Positions 26,031-38,452 of a stretch of DNA of 64,000 nucleotides are shown here, in pieces. A program made the translations under genes and the position numbers. Below the pieces are notes generated by a model. The model saw only the letters and a list, made by a program, of their open reading frames with translations, did not search any database and was not told the origin of the DNA. Source of the stretch: Ginglymostoma cirratum (Eukaryota); NCBI GenBank assembly GCA_024137785.1, contig JAHRHZ010000263.1, positions 43,732,721-43,796,720 of the forward strand, given 5' to 3'. Within the stretch, counting starts at the first letter, position 1. Each line of letters opens with the position of its first letter.

Positions 26031-26799
26031 TTTTTTTTTTAATTGTACGAATCATGCTGTTTGCAGAATTAATTCAGTTTTATTGAATGATGCCCACTCC
26101 TTGCTGTTTAAAAGGCATGTTTCTCAGCTTTATCACAGCTTTTATGAAAGATCATCAACATTTTCCACAGCACAGATAGTCTGCTAAATTTACAGTCAAT
26201 GTTAGAACAGATCTGCTTAGTCTTTTAATCTGCTGAATGTTATCACTAATTGCTGGCTACATAATGTTGCTGGGGGCACATCCTCAGGTTAATATTTCTT
26301 TCATGCCTTTTACTTCAATCTCTGTGCCCTGTGGTGTCCGCTCACTCTGCCAGTTCAGATCGAGCATCATTGGAAGCAATTATTTTAAACTTCCTCCCTT
26401 ACAGCCTGGATTAATGTGTGGTTTTAAAGTTTCCCCAGCACACCCGGGATTTTAAAGCTACACTTGTGGAGTTTCTGATATCTGCTCACTGAACTTCAAT
26501 TTGGGGCCACTCCCACAGATTGCCGCCTCAAGACAGAGCCAGAGTCTGCTTTGGAATCACTGATTCACTGTCTCCAGAGAGCTGCTAACTCTGCTGTTGC
26601 AGCACATCTCTTTCAAGCTCTGAAGTCATAGAATCAGAAGTGTAGAAGGCGGCTATGGAGCTTATAATGCCTGTACCAGCTCATTATCTCGTGCTAGACA
26701 AATACTTTCACTTCCTCGCTAAGGATTGCCACAAAAAGGTTCTTCCGTCAGGCTCTTAGATCTTCAGCTCCTCCCTCACGTTGACTATACTGTATGAAT

Positions 26800-27888
26800 A
26801 GGGCAGGGGATTTCAATAATAGGGAGCACATTTTTGCAGTGAGAGGATAAAGTTTTAAAAAAGACATGAGGGGCAATTTTTGGGTGGCTCGCATGTGGAA
26901 TGAACTTCCTGATGAAGTGGTGGATGTGCGTACAATGACAACATTTAAAAGACATTTGGATAAGTACATGAGCTAACAAGGTGCAGAGCTGGATGAACAC
27001 AGCAGGCAAAGCAGCAAAGCTGACATTTCGGGCCTAGACCCTTCTTCAGAAAGGGTCTACGCCCAAAACGTCAGCTTTCCTGCTTCGCTGATGCTGCTTG
27101 GCCTGCTGTATTCATCCAGCTCTGCACCTTGTTAGCTCAGATTCTCCAGCATCTGCAGTTCCTGCTATCTCTGGATAAGTAGCTGAGTAGTCAAGGAATA
27201 TAAAACCCTTGTTAAGCCACATTTGGAGGAACTGTATGCGGTTTTGGCCACCACACTACCAGAAGGATGTGGAAGCTGCGGAGAAAATACAAGAGAAGGT
27301 TTACCAGGATGTTGCCTGGCCTCGAGGGCATTCGCTATGAGGAAAAGTTAAAAAGACTAGGATTGCTTGCACTGGAAAGACGGCGGCTCAGAGGAGACCT
27401 GATAGAGGTCTACAAAATTATGAGAGGCATACATAGGGTAGGTAGTCAGAGGCTTTTTCCCTAGTGTAGAATTTCAGTTATGAGGGGACACAGGTTCAAA
27501 GCGAGAGAGGAAAAGTTTAAGGGAGATGTGCAAGGGAAGTTTTTCACACAGAAGTGGTAGGAGCCTGAAACGCAGTGCCAGAGAGCTGGTGAAAGCCGGC
27601 ACGTTGGCAACATTTAAGAGGCATCTGATGGATACATGAATACGGGCTGAATAAGGGCAGGAGGTTCTTTATTTAAGATTAGTTAGGGCATGATGATCAG
27701 CACAGGCTTGGAGAGCCAAAGCCTCTGTTCTTGTGCTGTACTTCTCTTTTGTTCTTGTTCTCTATGGTTCTTATTGTTCTTTTGTTTGGAGGGATACGGA
27801 CCAGGAGCAGCCAGGTGGGACTAGTTTAGTTTGTGATTATGTTCAGCATGGACGTGTTAGTCTGAAGGGTCTGTCTGTGCTGCATGAC
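26800..27888 (+). mobile_element. CR1 3' end hosting a PLE palindrome (26972-27172) and a second CR1 (about 27190-27785)
   Basis: Host CR1 UTR is split and resumes at 27785 (TTTGGAGGGATACGGACCA). Inner CR1 encodes RRFTRMLPGLEG..YEEKL.RLGL..LERRRLRGDLIEVYKIMRG. Confidence 0.85.
26972..27172. mobile_element. Palindromic PLE pLTR element with hammerhead-like cores
   Basis: Inverted arms centred near 27045; flanks TGGATAAGTACATGAG / TGGATAAGTAGCTGAG act as TSD. Confidence 0.85.
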
Positions 27889-27889
27889 A

Positions 27890-28460
27890 AGTTGCTTTGA
27901 GTTAGCTTTGACAACCTCACAGCACTGCTCATAGCCTGTTGTACGAGCTGTCATATTAAATCCTCACGGTCGACTACCATGTTGTACGAGTGTGTGTCAG
28001 CTCACTACACTCGGAGATGCTGTCACCATCTTCTTTATGTGAAACAAACTCCAGGGCCTGCTTAGTCTAGGGTAGTAGAAGAAAAATCAAAAATCGGTAG
28101 AAGTGTCTAACCAACCATGTCTTTTGCAGCAAACATGATATCATTCATTGCATGTGAGCAATGACACTCTATTATCGACTGATATGCTGTCCAGACAGCA
28201 TGGTTTCTTCCCCATGGTCCTCAGTAAAGTAATTGCAGTCCTTCACTGTACACAGGAGTGGTACCCGCGTTCTCTGTTATCAGGTGGAAAGTCCATGCCC
28301 TTATCTCTCATGGCTAATAAGGACACAGCGCAGTCACAATAAGATACTGTTACAGAGTCTTGGAGGAGAACCCAATGTCAATTCTCACTCCTTCAAGATC
28401 GCAACTGCTTTGTGAACGAATGGGCAGAACATCACAGTGGGTCATGTTTATGACATTCTT
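27890..28460 (-). pseudogene. Possible heavily decayed ankyrin-repeat (espin/espin-like) pseudogene segment
   Basis: Across shifting frames: THCDVLPIR..SCDLEGVRI, TENAGTTPVY, YFTEDHG, FAA(K/R)HGWLD, KEDGDS, TLVQHG, GYEQCCEVV. The order resembles consecutive espin-type ankyrin repeats. Many stops; recognised by eye only. Confidence 0.35.
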
Positions 28461-28479
28461 TACCTTCACCCTTTCAGAG

Positions 28480-28900
28480 CCATAGACAACAACAGGAAAA
28501 CAGGTAGCGAGAGCGAGATGCAGGGGTGATGAAGTCTGGTGCTGGAGGGGACAGAGAGTGCCAGAGTTGGTAATGGAGAGGGTCAAGCGGTTTTGGGAGT
28601 GGGTGCACAGGTAGGAAGAGGGCTAAGGGAAGGGGACTTTGAGGGTTAGAGAAGGTTAGAATGTTGGGGTGGGGCAAAACAGCAGGGTAGAGAATGCTGG
28701 GGGAGCTGACAGAAAAGGGCCAGGAGTTAAGAGAAGGCATGAAGCCACATAAAGTGGAGTCAGAGGATGGAGAAAACCAAGAGAAGGAGATGGGTAGGGG
28801 ATGGGAAAAAAAAGCAGTGGAGAGGAGACGGAAGGTGGTGGAAGAGCGCATAAAAAAGACGCATGCAAAAGAGCTAGAGCGGAAACAGTAAGAAAAATCC
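28480..28900 (+). repeat. Purine-rich (GA) low-complexity tract
   Basis: Strong G/A bias on the plus strand. Confidence 0.6.
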
Positions 28901-30111
28901 ATTTTCGTAGCCTCCATTAATGAAAGGTGACAGAATGGTGATAATCATGAGATTTGAAAATGCCTCTCATGACTCACACAAAACTAAACAGAAAATGAGA
29001 AATTAAGAATAGTAACCACATCCCCTCCCCCGCTCCCACAAAACCAGTTTTGTAGCATATTTAGTGACAGGCAGAGAAAGGTTTTAGAGGGGACGTGCCC
29101 ATCGTTACCTGGGAGAGCAACAGAAGAATAAAAGGATTATGTAAGTCACATGATCTGTGAGCCAAATGATGCAAACTCTGTTGTATTAATTGGTAAGGTC
29201 ATTCAATTTACACAGAACGGCTGATGCAGGTAATGCAATCTGGAATATTGGAAACATTCCAGATTCCAGAATCTGGAAAACAAAGGATATACCAGCATGG
29301 TGCTTACATTATTGTATGCTACTGAAAGTACACGCTTTGAAAGATACTGTAGTCAATGTGAGTATGAAATGCTCCAAGAGTTCAAGAACGTGAACTCGCT
29401 ACTAAAGAAGTCAAAGAAGATTTAAAAAAGTGATTACGATAAGACATTTCAATTGGTACAAAACAGGAAAAGGTTCAGAGGGTTATGGGCCAAAACGCAG
29501 ACAAGTGAGACTAGTTTGTATTGAGAAACTTGGTCAGCATAGGCTAATTGGACCGAAGGTCTGTTTCTGATCTGTATGACTCTAGCCTGTATGTGACTCC
29601 AGTCCCACCTTGCCCTCTGATGTGGTTGAACAAGCCAGTGAGTTGCATTACCAGCTTCTCAGGGGAGATGTTGTTTCTCAGGGGAAAACAAACTGTAAAC
29701 AAAAATGCAGTCCAGCCACATTGGGTCATCTAGCTTGGAAGCATCCTTTTCTTGATAAAGTCAGATTTCAAGGCCCGCATTTTTTCTCTATCCTCAATGT
29801 GTTATTAGTGGGTGGGAAAAGAAAAAGCCCGAAAAATTTCCTGAAAGCCTACTCATCTCAAAACATGAACCCTATCACTCGACACAGAAGCTGCCAGACC
29901 TGCTGAGCATTTCCAGTATTTTGTCCAGTATTTCTATCCCCCACAACGCCAACGGACTATGGTTCAGTGAGTGAAGGCAACCCTCTAATATTTTACCTTG
30001 AAGCCACTGGTCACGCACAATGTTGCCAGGATAGTCAACCAAGGCCTGACTTCATTCAATATCCACGCATCAAGCTCGCTTTCACTTGCTGAAAGGTATG
30101 CGCATTGTGGA

Positions 30112-31540
30112 ACAATGTGGAAAATTGCCCAAGCATGTCCTGTACATAGAAAGCAGGACAAATCCAACACAACCAATTACCATCCCACCAGTCTACTGCC
30201 AATCATCAGCAAGGTGATGGAAGGGGTCATCAGCAGTGCTATCAAGCAGCACCTGCTCAGCAATAACCTGCTCATTGATGCCCAATTTGGGTTCTGTTAG
30301 GACCACTCAGCTCCTGACCTCATTACAGCCTTGGTTCAAACATGGACAAAGGAGCTGAATTCCAGAGGTGAGGTGACAGTGACGGCCCTTGACATCAAGG
30401 CTGCATTCGACTGAGTGTGGCATCATGAAGCCCTAGCAAAACTGGAATCAATGGATATCAGTTGGTAAGAGTCATACCTGACACAAAAAGGAAGATGGTC
30501 GTGGTTGCTGGAAGTCAGTCATCTTGGGTCCAGGACATCTCTGCAGGAGTTTCTCAGGGTCGGTTCCGAGGCCCAACCATCTTCAACTGATTCATTGATG
30601 ACCTTCCCACCACCATAAAAGGTCAGAAGTAGGGATGTTCGCTGATGATTGCACAATGTTCAGCACCATTCATGGTTCCTCAGATACTAAAGCAGTCCGT
30701 GTCCAAATACAGCAAGATCTGGACAATATCCAGGCTTGGGCTGACAAGTGGCAAGTGACGTTCGTGCCACACAAATGCCAGGCTATTAACCATCACCAAT
30801 AAGAGACAATCTAACCACCACCCCTTGGCATTCAACAGTGTTACCATCACTGAATCCCCCACTATCAACATCCTGGGGGTTATCATTGACTTGAAATACA
30901 ACTGGACTCACCACATAAACACAGTGGCTACAAGTGCAGGTCAGAAGCTAGGAACTCTAGTAACTCACCACCTGACTCCCCAAAGCCTGTCCACCATCTA
31001 CAAGGCACAAGTCAGGAGCGTGATGGAATACTCCCCACTTGCCTGGATGAGTGCATCACCAACAACACTCAAGAAGCTTGACATTATCCAGGACAAAGCA
31101 GCCCATTTGATTGGCACTACATCCACAAGCATCCACTCCCTCCACCACCGACGCTCAGTAGCAGCAGTATGTACTCTGTACAAAACGCACCGCAGAAATT
31201 CACTAAAAATCCTCAAACAGCACCTTCCAAACCCATGACCACTTCCATCTAGGAGGACAAAGGCAGCAGATACATGGGAACACCACCATCTGCAAGTTCC
31301 CCTCCAAGCTACTCACCATCCTGACTTGGAAATAGATCGCTGTTCCTTCACCGTCACTGGGTCAAGATCCTGGAATTCCCTCCCTAACGGCATGGTGGGT
31401 CATCCCACTGCAGGGGGACTGCAGTGGTTCAAGAAAGCAGCTCCGAACACTATCTCAAAAGGTAACTAGGGACAGGCAAGAAATGCTGGGTAGCCAGCGA
31501 CTCCCACATCCCACAAAAATGAATTCTTAAAAAAAAAAAA
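30112..31540 (+). mobile_element. CR1/L2-superfamily LINE, 5'-truncated, RT domain to poly(A) tail
   Basis: WKIAQ.CPVH.KQDKSN..NY.P.SLL.IISKVME, QFGF, LDIKAAFD, GV.QG...GP, MFADD, TIYKAQVRSVMEYS; stops and frameshifts; ends in an A-run near 31540. Confidence 0.92.
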
Positions 31541-32699
31541 ATTATTCATAAGCAGGAGCCTGCCCTCTGCAAACAAAAGCAATTTGTACAGGCATTATGC
31601 CTTTTCTGAATTAAGCCAAAGCATGGCAGCCACACACTCCCTGGGGCTTCCTTTATAACAATGACGTAACTAGTCAGGACCCTTTACTCCTGCAGCATAA
31701 ATTGCCAAATTTCCCAGGGAATAACATTCTTGCAGTCCTAATGTATCCAAGTCAAAAAAGTTTCAATAGCACACCTCTGATCAACAATACTCAAAATGTG
31801 TACGAAACAATATGTAAATTATGTTTGTGCAGTGCTCAATGCAATTGTCAAGTAAAAAAAAGTTTCAGGTCGAGGAACATAATGGGCCAGGCTGCATAGA
31901 GGAGCTAGGTGTCTAATCCTACAGTGCTTCCCAAAACCCTAAACAGCCTGCAATTTAAGTGTTGAAGATGGATTCTCTTAAAAGATCGTGGAAAAGGCCT
32001 CAAGAAAGAAAGGCCTGACTGAGAATCTCAATCGTCATACAGGAAAATGCAAGTGATACTGCCAGGCAACTAAATGAACATAATAGCATGGAGGGATTTG
32101 TGGTTAATGCACTAATGGTAATTGAACAATTATAGAGTAGAACACAGATGGTAGTTTTGTCTAAATTGAAACTGAAGTAAAATTTTGGATTTTCAGCAAG
32201 CCTTATTCTAAGACATCCTTTGCTGCACATTTTGTCCCACTTCTACAGAACTGAACATAAATAATTCTGAGAGGTTGAAAGGAAAGCTGCAAAAACAGAG
32301 TTCCAGGAACAAAGAGTGCTTATGTCATTTTTAACATTTACTTAATCTTATTAGTTCAATGCACAATATGTCTATGCTAATTGAGACCATGACGTTTTAA
32401 CTGAATTGCATTTAATGCAGTTTTTGCAAAATATCTTTAAAATTCAGATCACACGCTCCTGCTCTGACAAGCTCCCCTATCTGGAGGATGGGAAAGCGCC
32501 AGGAGCTGACCATAGAAACAGAACCCATCCTTCAATCTATCATTCTGCCATTGACAACAGAGATTTACAAATGTAGCTCAACTAGAATAGATGGCACAAA
32601 ATACAAAAAAAAAAAAACCTTAGTGAATAATACAGAGAGTTTTTGTATTCACAGCATTGACAATAGCCTCTGGACAAAAATACAATGGTCAAGATGGAA

Positions 32700-33085
32700 T
32701 TCTATCAATTGGTTTAGCTGGTAGTACGCTTACCTCTAAAGCTGAATTATAGATTCAAACTTCACACAGCTGAGATTGCAACTGAGCAACTGCTATGCTT
32801 GCTAAAGTTGCCAAATTGCAGACAAGATAGTAAACAAAGGCCAAATCTTTTATTTTAAAACTGGACAGCTGCAAGAAATCTCATTTCACAATTTGAGGAA
32901 AAACAGATGATTTCTCCCAGCATGCTGGTTAATTCTCTCTCACTCAATCAGCATCACCAAATGGGAATTTACTGGTAAACTAACTGACAACTGTTTCTGC
33001 GTCCTTGCTGTGTCAGCATAGATTGTTGCATTTAATCATATTGCAATATTATACTGCCAAAAGTAATTCACTAGCTCCGATACAT
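32700..33085 (+). mobile_element. Old DeuSINE
   Basis: Degenerate tRNA-like head and Deu-like core (CAGCATGCTGG..AA...CTCACTCAATCAGCATCACC...CTTGCTGTGT..CATAGATTG.TGCATTT). Confidence 0.5.
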
Positions 33086-33666
33086 GTCAAACAGGAGAGG
33101 AAATACTCTTATTCTACTTGTACACACTCTTAGAAGTGGGACTGTTCTTTGTTCTCTGACAGGGAATGAAGTGAAGTTTTACAGTTGAAAAGTAGCAAGG
33201 GTCAAGTTAGAAAAAACTTTTTCCCCAAGCGAGTAGTTAGGGTATGGAATGCACTGCCGGGCAATGTGGTGGAGGTGGGTTTAATATAGAGGCATTCAAG
33301 AGAACATTGGATTATTTGGGCCAAATGGCCTCCCTGCACCATAAAAAGGAAACTAAAAATAACGTCTAGTGTAGGCTAAACTGACCTCCCCGCTTATCTG
33401 CTTGCAAAAACCTATCAATATGCAATGTTGACTGCTCATATGGTCTATCTTTTGTGTTTGATTTCTTTTTGACTTTTCTTGTTGCTTGGACCTGGGAATC
33501 ACTGGCTTGACCAGCATTTGTTACCCATTCCAAACGTTAGTGCTGGCCACCTTCTTGAAGCACTGCACTGTAGAAACACCCAGGCTAAGGAGATAGTTCA
33601 GTTAGTTTACCATTGGACATTTGTAACTGTGCAGAACAGCCAGATGTGTGACAATGCGAGACAGCA

Positions 33667-33691
<25 letters not shown>
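33667..33691 (+). repeat. (AG)n microsatellite
   Basis: About 12 AG units. Confidence 0.9.
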
Positions 33692-33697
<6 letters not shown>

Positions 33698-35439
33698 CAG
33701 AAATTATTAGGCTAAGTGGTAAGTTGCTTTTACATCATAATTCCATTCTAATGCACGGCCTTCCATGAAGCAGCACAAACATAATGGCATTTTTTTTTCT
33801 AATAAAGAAATCCCTGGTGCCTTTAAGTGAAAATCTGGTTCTGTTCATACGAAAGCTGAAAATAGGCATCACATAAGATATAATCTTGTCTTCCATCTGA
33901 AAGTAGCCAGACTTCAATCACTGGAAATTACTTAACAAGATTATGCTGGACAAGTTACTAGTTTGATTGGCATACACCTGTCAATTTCTCAATTAATTTA
34001 ATTATTTTTGAACATGTTGAAAATTTTACAAGTAAAAAAATCCAAGAAAATAAACATAAGTCTGGAAGCCCTGCTTAAAACTTGCCTTGCTGATTTTGCA
34101 GGGGCTGGTTCCAGGAAAAACTTTCTTGGCCAGCATTAAAATGTCACAGAAATTTGTTTTTTGCTTGACAAAATTTCCATACAAAATTTCCCCAATCTTT
34201 GCTGTTGGATCAGCTGATTTTGTAGTCTAAGGGGTTAAGTCTGACCACGTGGCAGGGAGTGATGCAATGTCACATGATCTTGCTCTCTCTGTTGCAGTCT
34301 GGTGGCAAGATGAAGCCATAATAACATATCTCCATAAATTAAGTTGATCATTTCCTGACCTCAGCTGACTCTAATTATTTTATAGCAGCAGTCATGAAAC
34401 CAATGATAGATCATACCCAGACTACATGGATGACATTAGCAGAAGCACTACCCCTCAGGCTGGCCCTGGAATTGATTGAAAGATGGTTAAGATTTTAGAA
34501 TGACAGATTTGCCCTTCGTATTTTCCCTTTCTGTAGGAAACCATCCCTACAGCAAAGCCTAGGCTGGGAAACAGACATTGAATAACCACAATTTTAAGCC
34601 AGGTCACTCCAGCAGCATCACTTGTGGTTTCACAAAGGTCAGAGATGGGAATCCCCCACGTACCTTGTTTAAAAAAGGAGAAATGTAGGTTCCGAAAGCA
34701 GGCTGCTACCAAGACAAACACCAATCAGCAGAACAAAGGAAACAAACTGAATCAAGAAGCTGTGATTAGATGATAAGAAGCTTGCCTATGTGATGTAGAT
34801 TGAAAAATGTATTTCTTTGCTGGGCAGTGAAAAATTATCTGCCCAAAAAGTAGATAATCCATTCAATACATTCTGTCTCAGATACTGAGAGGCCTACATG
34901 CAAGGATGGTGCCAGGCGATGTTCAATCAGATAGGCACCTACCTTCCACTTATTTTTTTAAAAGAAACTGATTTTAAAATACATCTGTTAACATGCATGC
35001 ATGCACTTTTAAAGGAAGTGTTATATTAAAATATAGCAGACATTTCCTAAAATTCCACTCACATTCCATTTGCAGCTCCTGAACAGTACAGTGATCTGCC
35101 TGTGAGTGGGATTTATCTATCGATAGATCACAATAATTCAAAAAAGATGGCTGTCGCCCTTGTCCTCCATCTCCCTGGCAAAGCTCACCACTATGAATTT
35201 TGATTGAGTACCAATAACACTATTTTGATTGCATTCCAAAACAATACAGATTTAGAATTCTGGGCAAAATAATCTACTTTGCGCAGATTGCAGCACCAGA
35301 ACACGGGAGCTTTAAAGTTACTTGCAAAGCCTTGGGCAAAGTCTTATTCAACAGCTTGCCATACCATGGATATTTCCTTGTGTGTTTCATTTATTGATTT
35401 CCCAATTTATCTGAAGCGTCACTAACAGGCCTGAGTTCA

Positions 35440-36010
35440 GATTTCAGTTCATCTGCTGCTGAAATTGTGATCCAAGCCTTTGGTACCTCTGGACCTCATT
35501 ATTCCAATAGACTTCCAGCCAGCCTCCCATTTACCACCCTACAGGAACTTTAAGCTCATCTAAAATCTGTATCCAACTCACGCCAAGTCTCATTCATGTA
35601 TCATCCCTGTGCTCACTGACCTATACTGACTCCCGGTGAAGCAAAATGATGACATTCATAATCTCATCCTCATTTTCAAAATTGTCCTAGGACTTTGTAA
35701 GAATGGCAGAGTCACAACTTTCAGGTATCTGTACTGCTCCAATTCAGATTCCTTCAGTAGGTTCGTTTTCAACCACTTCAGTAGCAGCCATGGCCCAAGC
35801 TCTGGAATTCCTTCCCTAAATTTCTGCTCTGCCCACCTCCTTTTTCCTTCTTCAATAATGCTCTTTAAAACCTACCTTTGACCATAATTTCTGTCACCAG
35901 CATGAATACTGGTGGCATATGGTTTGGTGTCCAATTTAGTTTGATAATGCTTCTGGAAACACCTTGGGAAGCTTGCTACATGAAAGCCACTAGAGAAGTA
36001 GAAGTTGTCA
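35440..36010 (+). mobile_element. L2 LINE 3' fragment
   Basis: CATCCCTGTGCTCACTGACCTA.ACTG.CTCCCGGT...CTCTGGAATTCC.TCCCTAAA...CTCTTTAAAACCTACCT, the L2 C-terminal HITPVL..LHWLPV region and tail. Confidence 0.75.
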
Positions 36011-37094
36011 TAAAGGAGCTATACAAACTGACATTGTGCTAATCAATACTCAGTACTCTTGCTTTACTCAGAATGATGATTTGACTCTTGTTGATATTGA
36101 ATCATGTCTATATTATGATGTACATGCCACAGTCTCTCCTCCTGCTTCACAACTGTCCCAGTATGTCTAAGCACTCAAGGAAGACTTTTGAACTTTTAAC
36201 TTTATTGCTTTATTTTTCTAGATTATATTAAGAAGGACTTAAATGTTAACTATTACCTTATTTTTGTATTTTTTTTTGAAAACTTATTCTATGAAGCTTT
36301 GTAAGGCCTAACATTTTTTAAAATTTGTTTCTCACTTTTACTATCTCCCTAAGTTTTTGTACATGGGTACCTTTGTACCTAAGATAGCATCACGTGTGGC
36401 GACATTATACACTTTTCACTGTACTCCAGTACTTGAGTACACAAAAATAAACTCTAAAATCTAAAGTATTGTTTCTTCTGGTGTGCTTTTTTAAATCCTC
36501 ATTTCTAAAGCAGTTTAAAAACACACAGAGCAGAAGAATTTTAGTAAGATAAAATGCAGGAAGAAAAAGTATGTCTCTCATTGCACAGTTGCATCCCTTT
36601 GTAAATTCTAGGATGATGTGGAAATTCCGATTGAGAATAACGTTGTCTCCTCCTTGCTTTCAACCAACTACATTCGGCAGTGTGAAATCCGTCCACAGTA
36701 GTATTACAGAACAAAAACGTCAGTGCTTCAAGTCTCCCTTGAATCAAAGGGTAATTCTGCTGAGGCAGCTCTTCAGTTTAATTAGTGACTCAATGGAATC
36801 ACATGAAGGAGCAGCAAAGACAACGTGAGTCTTGAAGCAACACAACCTATAGTCGCAGGTATTGAGCCCAAGGCTAAATTCAGCTTGGAAGCAATTTATT
36901 TTCTCCCTTTAACTATGTTCCAAAGATGTAATCCAAGTGACAAACAATTACAATTCATTCTGTTTTAAAACGTTTGTATCTTATTGCATTTGCTGCTGCA
37001 CAATATCTTTTTGCCATCCAAGCTGTTGGCTCAAAAGCAGCCAATCACAGCAGTTGGCAGCTTGGAAACCCAAAGTGATAAAAAAGGTTTGCCA

Positions 37095-37600
37095 TTGATA
37101 AGGCACAAGTCAGAAGTGCGAATGGAGAGCTCCTCACTTGCCTGGATAAGTGCAGCTTCAATAAACTTGATCCATCCAGGACAAAGCAGCCCACTTGATT
37201 GACACCACATGCACAAACATTCACTCCCTTTACCACTGAGACTCAGTAGCAGCAGTGTATACAGTCTACAAGACGCACTGCAGCAATTCACCAAAACTCC
37301 TTAGACATCACGTTCTAAACCCATGATCACTTCCATTTAGAAGTGGAAAGTCAGTAGATAGACAGGAACACCAACATGTGTAAATTCCCCTCCAAGTTAC
37401 TTGCCACCTTCACCGGGAAATATGTTGGTGTTGCTTCATTATTGCTGGGTCAAAATCCTGAAATCCCCTCTCTAACGAGATTGTGGATCTTCCTGGGAAG
37501 ATGGAAAGCAGCAGCTCAATGAGGAAGTTCACCATCTTCTCAAGGGCAACTAGGGATGGGTAATACATGCTGGCCAGCCAAGGGCACCCAAAGAATTTTT
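37095..37600 (+). mobile_element. CR1-like LINE 3' fragment
   Basis: Similar to 31000-31520. Confidence 0.85.
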
Positions 37601-38452
37601 TTTGAAGAGGGGATGGAGAGCTGCTAAATAATACTTATGAAAACTGCCAATCCTGATGGGATCTCATCAGCCCAAGAAAAATGTCAGACTGAGAAAGTAT
37701 AGAAATTCTCAAAAGAATACACCTGCACCTTCTTTTCAAAATTGAAAGTTCCTGTTTACAAAACAGGACTTAAGGTATTTATAATTAACTTAACAGAACT
37801 AAAGTATCAAGTTGTCTCATTTCTTCAATTAATCCTGAATTAACTTGAAAGCCTTTGTTTCTCCCCTAGAAAGCTCGTACATCATATTTTTGCTCGCTGC
37901 TGCAGCTCAAATAAATGAGGGAAAAATCCTGCAATCAGAACATTTGGTGTTAATAAAATAACTTCCAGGGTACTTGAATATAACTTCTTACAGCCGAACA
38001 TGGAAAGATGGTCTCTCACCAAAAAAAAAAACAAAAAAAAAAAAAAACTTGAAGAAAGGCAAAGTAATCACTTTTTACAAGTTCTATTCAACATTAACAT
38101 TTGCCTGGAAGATTCTTTTTAAATGAACAGTAGCTTTGAAATTTATCTTGAATGATAATACAAAACAAGTGTTGTTGAAATGGTTGCCCATGATGTACAA
38201 CGAAGATTTAATTTAATTGACTACAATTCTAGACGAGTCTAAGAGAGAGACTAACGCATAAAAACAATTACTTAAAAATGATTGATTACAGAACAGTGGC
38301 AGCTTTTACTCACATTTAAATTAAGAAGTTATTTCTCCAGGGAATGCATAACTGATATTGCCCGACGATGCTTTCATTCGTCTGCACTTGAAATTAATTT
38401 GACTACAAATATATTTATGCAGGTTTCCAGAATTTTTACAAATAAGAGAAAA

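Noticed and set aside
28474-28917. 147-aa Ser/Pro/Phe-rich ORF
   Set aside because: Product of a pyrimidine-rich low-complexity strand.
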